Positions 1 to 7,801 of a DNA stretch of 8,884 nucleotides are shown here, in pieces. Numbering within the stretch: position 1 is the stretch's first letter; each line of letters starts with the position of its first letter. Below the pieces are notes generated by a model. It worked only from the letters and a program-made list of their open reading frames with translations, was not told the DNA's origin and made no database searches. The DNA is taken from the sequence record OY723334.1; one strand, 5' to 3'. Both the position numbers and the translations under genes were made by a program.

Positions 1-1221
1 ACTAAGGACTCGCAGACCATAGGTATTAGGTATCTGAGGACACGGATGCCATGATCTGAGGACCCCAAGACCTCCAGAAATGGGGTATCTGAGGTATCCC
101 GAGACCTCCCAAAATGGGTGTTTTGGACCCTAAATCACTCGTTTTGGGACCCTTTCTGGGTGCTCCCAGACCCTTCCCCAATGCCATCCCTAAGGTGCTC
201 CTAAGGGATTCGGGCCCGTACCCCTCAGATAGGGTATCCCAGAGGGTGTCGGATTGGGGGTCTGGAGGTGCTCGGAACCCCTAAATTGTGTGCCCTTAGT
301 GTATAGTAACACACGCGCGCGCGCGCGAAGGGCGGATCCGAGTCAGGCAGAAAACGAATGCATCATTTTGGACCCTTTTGGAGACATTAGGGGTCTTAAT
401 GTGCACTTTCGCGACCCCAAAAGGCCCAAAAGTGCCTAAAATGGGTCATTTTATGCCCTTTTCGGATGCACACAATGGGAATGCCATCGCCGGAGACCAT
501 ATTCCTTACAGTGACCTTAGGAATCTGAGTACGCGAAATCGGGGCAATTATGCCATTTACGGGTACCCCTAAAATGAGCACTTTGGACCCCTTTTGGCAC
601 CCCTTGGAGTCCCTAGTGTACTGGTGGCATGTGCATATCCCCTGATGCCTCTTTATCGAGGGAATGGGGATACCTGCATACCATACAGTATCTGTGTTAC
701 TAGTGGGTATCGGCACACCTCCCAAAACATGTCATTTCGTGACATGATCTAGTCGAGATGAGCGAATCCACTACTATTGCATATCATGGCATAATGAGCT
801 ATACAGAGTACTACAGGTATTGGGGGCATCCCTAATGGCAGCATATGCCCCATTAGAGGTATACACCATATCCCCTAGTATCCCTTACAGCACATACCAT
901 GGATAGGTACTCATTAGTAGTATAGAATGTGTATGTCATGACACCAAAACACATGTTTCGAGACATCTGAACACATGGTTTGCACGTATGATCATATACA
1001 GTATCTAAGGATATACAGGATACTAGTAGTATGCACGGATGGTATGAGGGGTACGGGATACCCCTACATCATAGCCTAACAGCATACACTACGAGTACTA
1101 TGTATACCATGGATACTACATGTATACTACTACGGGTAGGTACTCATGAGCAGTATCATCATGTAAATGCATGCATTTGATGACATGAAGTACTCATTAT
1201 GAGTAGGTATACACATCTAAT
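1..1221. repeat. Shared left segment A, copy 1
   Basis: Near-identical to 3700-4910. I counted 4 substitutions (174, 231, 462, 827), 3 homopolymer-length indels and one 9-bp indel (1190-1198, absent in copy 2). Confidence 0.9.
314..327. repeat. (CG)7 dinucleotide repeat, with alternating purine-pyrimidine run 309-327
   Basis: Direct reading: acacgcgcgcgcgcgcg. Conserved in the second unit. Confidence 0.95.
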
Positions 1222-2217
1222 ACCACTAGTACAACAGCATACACACCATTAGTACCATGTATCCTATGGTATACAGTACATGGGGAGTACGGGTACCATT
1301 ACACCATGCAGAGGTGTATGGAGTACTATATGGTATATAGGGAGTATCCAGTAGACACCAGATATCATGTACTTGCATGCATTTGATGACATGAAACACA
1401 TGATTCGATGTATTCATTAACAGTATGTATACACACTAAGTACTCAGTATACACCATTACTAGTACTATGTACAGTATAGGGGATACCTGCAGTATATAC
1501 CCCATGTACCAGTGGACCCCATATCCCTCAAGGGAACTGGAAGAAGGTCCAACTTGCAGAGCATGTGGTGTCTACATGTACTCATTAGTAGTATGCATAC
1601 ACATCTAATACCACTAGTACTACACCATGTACACCATTAGTACCATGTATACAGTAGTATACAGTACATGGGGCATACAGGTACATACCACCATTGCAGA
1701 GGTGTATGGAGTACTATATGTATCTATGAGGGTATCCAGTAGTCACCAGATATCATGATATTGCATGCATTTGATGACATGAAACACATGATTTGATGAC
1801 ATGAAGTACTCATTATGAGTAGGTATGCACATCTAATACCACTAGTACAACAGCATACACACCATTAGTACCATGTATCCTATGGTATACAGTACATGGG
1901 GAGTATAGGTACCATTACACCATGCAGAGGTGTATGGAGTACTATATGGTATATAGGGAGTATCCAGTAATCACCAGATATCATGTAATGGCATGCATTT
2001 GATGACATGAAACACATGATCTGATGATATGAAGTACTCAATATGTACTCATTATGGTACCCACTAACACTAGTACTACAGCATATACGTACAAGGGGAA
2101 CCATAAGGATCCGCCCTTGCAGGTATTCGGGTACTATATGATATATAGAGGGTATCCAGTAGTCACCAGATATCATGATATTGCATGCATTTGATGACAT
2201 GAAACACATGATTTGAT
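1170..2217. repeat. Satellite-like monomer array (M units, about 190-230 bp), unit 1
   Basis: The head motif catgcatttgatgacatgaa recurs at 1170, 1376, 1764, 1992 and 2184. The bodies are homologous (gtactcattatgagtaggtat.cacatctaataccactagtac ... ggagtactatat ... gtatccagta.tcaccagatatcatg). The 1376-1763 interval is a double-length unit with one degenerate half. More degenerate M-like sequence extends leftward to about 880. Confidence 0.85.
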
Positions 2218-2456
2218 GTACTCAGATTACATGATTATGGTGATATCCAGTACATCACCAGATCCCTTAGACACCATGGGGATCACTACATATGCTATAA
2301 GGAGTATACATGCTCTGCATGGTACCTATATCATAGGGTAGGGGATATGCCCACGATACCTATGGAGACCACATCCTCTAGATACATGGTATGTGCACAG
2401 AGGATGGTGCCATGGTATGAGGACCCCAAATGGGTCGAAATACATGTTTTAGGGGT
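2195..2456. repeat. Module C (about 260 bp), copy 1
   Basis: Runs from tgacatgaaacacatgatttgatgtactcagattacatgattatgg to cacagaggatggtgccatggtatgagg and on to catgttttagggg. Identical, apart from a one-base A-run length difference, to 7378-7640 and about 93% identical to 6091-6351. Confidence 0.85.
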
Positions 2457-2468
2457 CCCAAAACATGT
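2442..2468. repeat. Inverted repeat: 9-bp arms (acatgtttt / aaaacatgt) with a 9-nt spacer
   Basis: Arms at 2442-2450 and 2460-2468 are exact reverse complements. The spacer is aggggtccc. Confidence 0.9.
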
Positions 2469-2518
2469 GTTGCGAGTAGGTATCGGCACGGGATTAGCAC
2501 ATCTAGGGCATTATGGAA

Positions 2519-2617
2519 CCTGAGGAGATCACCTCCACAGGGAATGTCCCTCCGTGCATCCTGGGCTACCGAGAGGCCTACATGCAGTACCCCATATCCT
2601 CTAAGAGACCATTATGG
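2519..2617. repeat. X module, truncated variant (copy X1)
   Basis: The core cctgaggagatcacctccacagggaatgtccctccgtgcatcctgggctaccgagaggcctac is identical to X2. The left part is shortened and the right part is diverged (atgcagtaccccatatcctctaagagaccattatgg). Confidence 0.8.
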
Positions 2618-2973
2618 AGGGTATTGGACAGGGCCCGAAACCCCCAAAATGAGTGATTTGGGGTGCTCAAAACCATCGATTTTGGTGGTTTTGGCATGCA
2701 AAAGGGTCGAAAACACCACTTTTAGCCCCTTTTGCACATGGGAACACCACCCCATATACTAAGGGGGATCCTTCGAGGGATACAGAACCCCCCGAAACCC
2801 CTTAAAGATGGTGTGTGAGTACTCATGCATGTACCCTTTTAGCACCCTTTCTGACCCCCTTTCAGACCCCCTAAATGGTGCCATTCCTCGAAGGATGGCC
2901 CTTAAGGGGTGCCGGGAAGGGTACCTAAAGAGGTCCCAAAAGTGACCATTTTAGGGGGTCCCAAAACGTGTTG

Positions 2974-2991
2974 CAAAGGGGTACCCCTTTG
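2974..2991. repeat. 18-bp perfect palindrome caaaggggtacccctttg
   Basis: The sequence equals its own reverse complement and is centred on GGTACC. Confidence 0.95.
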
Positions 2992-3046
2992 GTCACCAAA
3001 AGTGATGATTTTGGGGACACCAAATGGGTCGGAATGGGTACCTAAT

Positions 3047-3174
3047 GACAGGATATGGCATACGGGATACCTGAGGAGATCACCTCCACAGGGAATGTCC
3101 CTCCGTGCATCCTGGGCTACCGAGAGGCCTACGGGGAGTATCCCCATATCCTCTGAGAGCCATTATGACCATTA
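3047..3174. repeat. X module, full 128-nt variant b (copy X2)
   Basis: Runs from gacaggatatggcatacgggatacctgaggagatcacc to gagagccattatgaccatta. Homologous to 4911-5038 at the same length. Confidence 0.85.
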
Positions 3175-3222
3175 CGAGCATCCCGGAGAGCATATCTGAG
3201 GACCTGAAATCCATGGTTTTGG

Positions 3223-3267
3223 GGTCTAAAATGATGATTTTAGAGGTCTCAAAATGATGGATTTGGG
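3223..3267. repeat. Imperfect tandem repeat of about 22 bp, x2
   Basis: ggtctaaaatgatgattttaga (3223-3244) is followed by ggtctcaaaatgatggatttggg (3245-3267). Each unit is itself a near-dyad (AAAATGATGATTTT). Confidence 0.8.
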
Positions 3268-3286
3268 GTCTGGAATCATGAGATCC

Positions 3287-3330
3287 GGGGGTCTGGGGAT
3301 GCCATGGGTATGGGATCCAGGGATGCAGGG
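3287..3330 (+). other. Canonical G-quadruplex-forming motif (six G3+ tracts, loops 3-7 nt)
   Basis: G tracts at 3287-3291, 3295-3298, 3306-3308, 3312-3314, 3320-3322 and 3328-3330. Loops are tct, atgccat, tat, atcca and atgca. Confidence 0.7.
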
Positions 3331-3568
3331 ATCCGGAGACCATGAGGGCATACAGACCATATGCACTACATACCATGGTGTGTGTAGTAGGGATACAGAC
3401 CACTATGGATACCATCACCATTAGATACATACTATGAGACCATATGCTGTGGGTATCGGATTAGGGGTCTGGGGATGTGCAGATCTGGAGACCATGAGCG
3501 GATCCGGAGACCATCAGATCATGAGATCCGGGGGTCTGGAGATGCTCGCGATGTATCTGAGGACCTGT

Positions 3569-3604
3569 GCAGATAGGTATGCAGATAGGTATGCAGATAG
3601 GTAT
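3569..3604. repeat. Perfect 12-bp tandem repeat (gcagataggtat) x3
   Basis: Direct reading: three exact units at 3569-3580, 3581-3592 and 3593-3604. Confidence 0.95.
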
Positions 3605-3699
3605 AGGCATTAGGTACTAAGGACTCGCAGAGAGGTACTGAGGACATGCACAGAGGACATGGCACAGAGGATACGGGCATACAGACCATGCAGATAGGT

Positions 3700-4910
3700 A
3701 CTAAGGACTCGCAGACCATAGGTATTAGGTATCTGAGGACACGGATGCCATGATCTGAGGACCCAAGACCTCCAGAAATGGGGTATCTGAGGTATCCCGA
3801 GACCTCCCAAAATGGGTGTTTTGGACCCTAAATCACTCGTTTTGGGACCCTTTCTGGGTGCTCCCAGACCCCTCCCCAATGCCATCCCTAAGGTGCTCCT
3901 AAGGGATTCGGGCCCGTACCCCTCAGATGGGGTATCCCAGAGGGTGTCGGATTGGGGGTCTGGAGGTGCTCGGAACCCCTAAATTGTGTGCCCTTAGTGT
4001 ATAGTAACACACGCGCGCGCGCGCGAAGGGCGGATCCGAGTCAGGCAGAAAACGAATGCATCATTTTGGACCCTTTTGGAGACATTAGGGGTCTTAATGT
4101 GCACTTTCGCGACCCCAAAAGGCCCAAAAGTGCCTAAAATGGGTCATTTTATGCCCTTTCCGGATGCACACAATGGGAATGCCATCGCCGGAGACCATAT
4201 TCCTTACAGTGACCTTAGGAATCTGAGTACGCGAAATCGGGGCAATTATGCCATTTACGGGTACCCCTAAATGAGCACTTTTGGACCCCTTTTGGCACCC
4301 CTTGGAGTCCCTAGTGTACTGGTGGCATGTGCATATCCCCTGATGCCTCTTTATCGAGGGAATGGGGATACCTGCATACCATACAGTATCTGTGTTACTA
4401 GTGGGTATCGGCACACCTCCCAAAACATGTCATTTCGTGACATGATCTAGTCGAGATGAGCGAATCCACTACTATTGCATATCATGGCATAATGAGCTAT
4501 ACAGAGTACTACAGGTATTGGGGGTATCCCTAATGGCAGCATATGCCCCATTAGAGGTATACACCATATCCCCTAGTATCCCTTACAGCACATACCATGG
4601 ATAGGTACTCATTAGTAGTATAGAATGTGTATGTCATGACACCAAAACACATGTTTCGAGACATCTGAACACATGGTTTGCACGTATGATCATATACAGT
4701 ATCTAAGGATATACAGGATACTAGTAGTATGCACGGATGGTATGAGGGGTACGGGATACCCCTACATCATAGCCTAACAGCATACACTACGAGTACTATG
4801 TATACCATGGATACTACATGTATACTACTACGGGTAGGTACTCATGAGCAGTATCATCATGTAAATGCATGCATTTGATGACATGAAATGAGTAGGTATA
4901 CACATCTAAT
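3700..4910. repeat. Shared left segment A, copy 2
   Basis: Matches 1-1221. Similarity ends after catctaat (4910). Copy 2 then continues with gacaggatatggcat, whereas copy 1 continues with accactagtac. Confidence 0.9.
4012..4025. repeat. (CG)7 dinucleotide repeat, second copy
   Basis: Same tract at offset 3698. Confidence 0.95.
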
Positions 4911-5050
4911 GACAGGATATGGCATACGGGATACCTGAGGAGACCACCTCCACAGGGAATACCCTCTCTGCACATCCAGGCTACCGAGAGGCCTACGGGG
5001 AGTATCCCCATACCTCTAAGGAGCCATTATGGCCATTAGGGAGTATCCAG
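4877..5050. repeat. 174-bp perfect direct repeat, left copy
   Basis: Base-for-base identical to 6737-6910 when the printed lines are compared (offset 1860). It runs from gatgacatgaaatgagtaggtat to ccattagggagtatccag. Confidence 0.9.
4911..5038. repeat. X module, full 128-nt variant c (copy X3)
   Basis: Same 128-nt length as X2. Differences cluster at 4944, in the 4961-4985 interval and around 5010-5030. It lies inside the left 174-bp direct repeat. Confidence 0.85.
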
Positions 5051-5400
5051 TAGTCACCAGATATCATGATATTGCATGCATTTGATGACATGAAAACACA
5101 TGATTTGATGACATGAAGTACTCATTATGAGTAGGTACACACATCTAATACCAGTAGTACTACACCATACACACCATTAGTACCATGTATCCTATGGTAT
5201 ACAGTACATGGGGAGTATAGGTACCATTACACCATGCAGAGGTGTATGGAGTACTATGAGTATCTAGAGAGTACTAGTAGTATCATGTATTGATACATCT
5301 AATGACATGAAACACATGGTTTGATGTATCTAATGATGTACTTAATGGATAGGTATACACATCGTATTAGTGCATAGTATCTCTACATGGTCTATACACT

Positions 5401-6090
5401 GCCATACAGGGAGTGAGGGACCAGGAGGGAGACTATGCACTAGTAGACGATAACGTGACCTTTAACATTACCCTCTATAGTGTACTAGTATGAGTACCTG
5501 TACATCATCTCGTACAGCATGTAATGGGTACTGTATAAGCACACAGACTGCATAACAGCCTTGAGTACTAGTGATAGAAGTACTCAGTAGTATACAGATG
5601 CTGTGAGGACTACTGTATCTCCATCCATTAGTGGAGTGCTACTAATACATGATATACCTCTACTAGCTACTCACTCTATGCATAGTACATCTATACAGAG
5701 TACATGTGATACAGAGAGGTAGACAGTATGCTTACTATCAGTAGTAGGTAGCATGCACGTATAGAGTATGAGTAACAGTATGTACACCATACCTATAACA
5801 GATACATACACTATATGTATACATCTACTCATCATACCATGCAATGTATACAATGGCGGTATGGAATACATGATACAATGGTGGTATGGAATGATGTAGT
5901 AGTATGAGTAGTACTATGAACAGATACACTACTATCTGCATGCACAGAATAGGTCATCCTCAGGGATAGCACCTTAACCCTGTACCATACCATACAGTGG
6001 TACTATGGTGGTATGGCATGCATGTACTAGTAGTATGTAGTAGTATGTACTCATCATACCATCAGATCATGAGATCATGGCATCAAATCA
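5401..6090. other. Single-copy core of the long-form insert (non-coding, function unknown)
   Basis: I found no counterpart elsewhere in the window. Stop codons are dense in all frames. It contains a local 20-bp direct repeat, atacaatgg[c/t]ggtatggaat, at 5848-5867 and 5873-5892. Confidence 0.6.
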
Positions 6091-6351
6091 TGACATCAAA
6101 ACACATGATTTCATGTACTCAATTACATGATTATGGTGGTATCCAGGACATCACCAGATCCCTTAGAGACCATGGGGATCACTACATATGCTATAAGGAG
6201 TATACATGCTCTGCATGGTACCTATATCATAGGGTAGGGGTATCCCTCATGATACCTATGGAGACCATATCCTCTAGATACATGGTATGTGCACAGAGGA
6301 TGGTGACATGGTATGAGGTCCCCAAAAGGGTCCAAATACATGATTTGGGGT
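6091..6351. repeat. Module C, older diverged copy inside the long-form insert
   Basis: I counted about 17 differences over about 240 aligned bases against 2218-2456 (for example ggggatatgcccacgatacc vs ggggtatccctcatgatacc). Confidence 0.8.
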
Positions 6352-6736
6352 GTCTAAAATGACCACTTTTGGCACCTTTCTGGAGGTCCCAAAACGGGTG
6401 ATTCAATCCCCCAAAAGGGGTCCGCAAATCAAGCCCAGAAATGGTCATAAAAAGGGCTCGTGGGGGTACCCCCATGAGCACTTTTAGGACCCTAAAATGG
6501 GTGTTTTGGACCCCTAAAATGGTGTATTTAGACCCTTTCGGAGGGGTACAGGCAACGAGTACTACTAGATACATACCAGCAGACCATGTATCCTATGGTA
6601 TATAGGACATGGGGGCTACGGGTACCATTACACCATTACGGGAGTATATGGAGTACTATGGGTATCTAGAGGAGTCCCTGTAACACCAGATATCATGGTA
6701 TTGGCATGCATTTGATGACATGAAAACACATGATTT

Positions 6737-6910
6737 GATGACATGAAATGAGTAGGTATACACATCTAATGACAGGATATGGCATACGGGATACCTGAGG
6801 AGACCACCTCCACAGGGAATACCCTCTCTGCACATCCAGGCTACCGAGAGGCCTACGGGGAGTATCCCCATACCTCTAAGGAGCCATTATGGCCATTAGG
6901 GAGTATCCAG
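6737..6910. repeat. 174-bp perfect direct repeat, right copy
   Basis: Identical to 4877-5050. The flanks diverge on both sides (tagtcaccag vs cacatcatta downstream). Confidence 0.9.
6771..6898. repeat. X module, variant c (copy X4)
   Basis: Identical to 4911-5038. It lies inside the right 174-bp direct repeat. Confidence 0.85.
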
Positions 6911-7377
6911 CACATCATTAGATACACGGAATATCATGTAATTGCATAGATTTGATGACATGAAATCATGTGTTTTGATGACATGAAGTACTCATTATGA
7001 GTAGGTATGCACATCTAATACCACTAGTACAACAGCATACACACCATTAGTACCATGTATCCTATGGTATACAGTACATGGGGAGTATAGGTACCATTAC
7101 ACCATGCAGAGGTGTATGGAGTACTATATGGTATATAGGGAGTATCCAGTAATCACCAGATATCATGTAATGGCATGCATTTGATGACATGAAACACATG
7201 ATCTGATGATATGAAGTACTCAATATGTACTCATTATGGTACCCACTAACACTAGTACTACAGCATATACGTACAAGGGGAACCATAAGGATCCGCCCTT
7301 GCAGGTATTCGGGTACTATATGATATATAGAGGGTATCCAGTAGACCACCAGATATCATGATATTGCATGCATTTGA

Positions 7378-7640
7378 TGACATGAAAACACATGATTTGA
7401 TGTACTCAGATTACATGATTATGGTGATATCCAGTACATCACCAGATCCCTTAGACACCATGGGGATCACTACATATGCTATAAGGAGTATACATGCTCT
7501 GCATGGTACCTATATCATAGGGTAGGGGATATGCCCACGATACCTATGGAGACCACATCCTCTAGATACATGGTATGTGCACAGAGGATGGTGCCATGGT
7601 ATGAGGACCCCAAATGGGTCGAAATACATGTTTTAGGGGT
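7378..7640. repeat. Module C, copy 2 (within segment B copy 2)
   Basis: Matches 2195-2456 with one extra A in the gaaaacac run. Confidence 0.85.
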
Positions 7641-7652
7641 CCCAAAACATGT
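7626..7652. repeat. Inverted repeat with 9-bp arms, second copy
   Basis: Same sequence at offset 5184. Confidence 0.9.
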
Positions 7653-7702
7653 GTTGCGAGTAGGTATCGGCACGGGATTAGCACATCTAGGGCATTATGG
7701 AA

Positions 7703-7801
7703 CCTGAGGAGATCACCTCCACAGGGAATGTCCCTCCGTGCATCCTGGGCTACCGAGAGGCCTACATGCAGTACCCCATATCCTCTAAGAGACCATTATG
7801 G
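7703..7801. repeat. X module, truncated variant (copy X5)
   Basis: Copy of 2519-2617 within segment B copy 2 (offset 5184). Confidence 0.8.

Larger units (their letters stand above)
1..3699. repeat. Higher-order repeat unit, copy 1 (short form, 3,699 bp)
   Basis: By-eye self-alignment: 1-1221 matches 3700-4910 and 1792-3699 matches 6974-8884. Duplicated ORFs in the track confirm the offsets (254..439 = 3952..4137, offset 3698; 2902..3147 = 8087..8332, offset 5185). Confidence 0.9.
1792..3699. repeat. Shared right segment B, copy 1
   Basis: Near-identical to 6974-8884. The only differences seen are two A-run length changes (2202-2204 vs 7385-7388; 2700-2703 vs 7884-7888) and gtagtcacc vs gtagaccacc near 2160/7343. 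Confidence 0.9.
4868..5400. repeat. M-unit array, unit 2, proximal block
   Basis: Head motifs at 4868 and 5075, with a degenerate head (tattgatacatctaatgacatgaaacacatggtttgatg) near 5288. The first monomer has its body replaced by the 128-nt X module. Confidence 0.8.
6705..7399. repeat. M-unit array, unit 2, distal block
   Basis: Head motifs at 6705, 6945 (degenerate: catagatttgatgacatgaa), 7174 and 7367. The first monomer again carries the X module. An M-like tail fragment precedes the block at about 6545-6704. Confidence 0.8.

Noticed and set aside
1992-2045. C/D-box s(no)RNA (tgatga boxes plus ctga: tttGATGAcatgaaacacatgatCTGATGAtatgaag)
   Set aside because: The candidate D-prime and C-prime boxes overlap with no spacer. 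There is no terminal D box (CTGA) at the expected distance and no terminal stem. Most monomers lack any CTGA. The tgatga words are better explained as a duplicated satellite word.
1170-2217. CRISPR array
   Set aside because: The repeat period is about 200 bp rather than 25-40-bp repeats with unique spacers. The intervening sequence is itself homologous between units, and there are no cas genes or any ORFs nearby.
2641-3016. Telomere-like words (ccccaaaa at 2642-2649, ttttgggg at 3009-3016, ccctaaa at several sites)
   Set aside because: They occur as single units embedded in dyad motifs and are never tandemly reiterated, so they are not telomeric or subtelomeric arrays.
3071-3110. Hammerhead ribozyme (CUGANGA-like words: ctgagga in every X module, ctgatga at 2018-2024 and 7201-7207), and hence a retrozyme-like element
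   Set aside because: After CTGAGGA there is no stem II closed by a C followed by GAAA (the sequence reads gatcacctccacagggaat). No matching helix I/III or cleavage-site context could be built by hand. At 2018 the distance to gaag is too short for a stem II. Only a covariance-model search could settle this.
2902-3147. A seemingly conserved minus-strand peptide across X modules (MGILPVGLSVA...IPCGG.LLRYPVCHILSL in 2902..3147, 4814..5011, 6656..6871 and 8087..8332)
   Set aside because: The conserved residues simply mirror identical nucleotides. Between the two variants the middle (QDARRD vs WMCREG) behaves like a frameshifted stretch between compensating indels, not like amino-acid substitution. 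The plus strand is open across the same bases (2909..3199), and the ORFs extend into unrelated flanks in different copies.
4911-5038. 5S rRNA or 5S-derived SINE (the short words ggagacc, gggaatacc, gcctacgg and ccatacc recall the 3-prime and 5-prime parts of eukaryotic 5S)
   Set aside because: The words appear in permuted order relative to 5S. The central portion of 5S (about 60 nt) has no counterpart. The local hairpins differ from 5S helices. The resemblance rests on 7-9-mers only. It is worth a cmscan (RF00001), but it cannot be called from the sequence.
4877-6910. LTR retrotransposon, TRIM or LARD defined by the 174-bp direct repeats
   Set aside because: There is no internal ORF, and no recognisable primer-binding site or polypurine tract next to the repeats. 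There are no TG...CA termini or target-site duplication. The repeats are themselves ordinary X-type satellite monomers, so unequal recombination explains the structure more simply.
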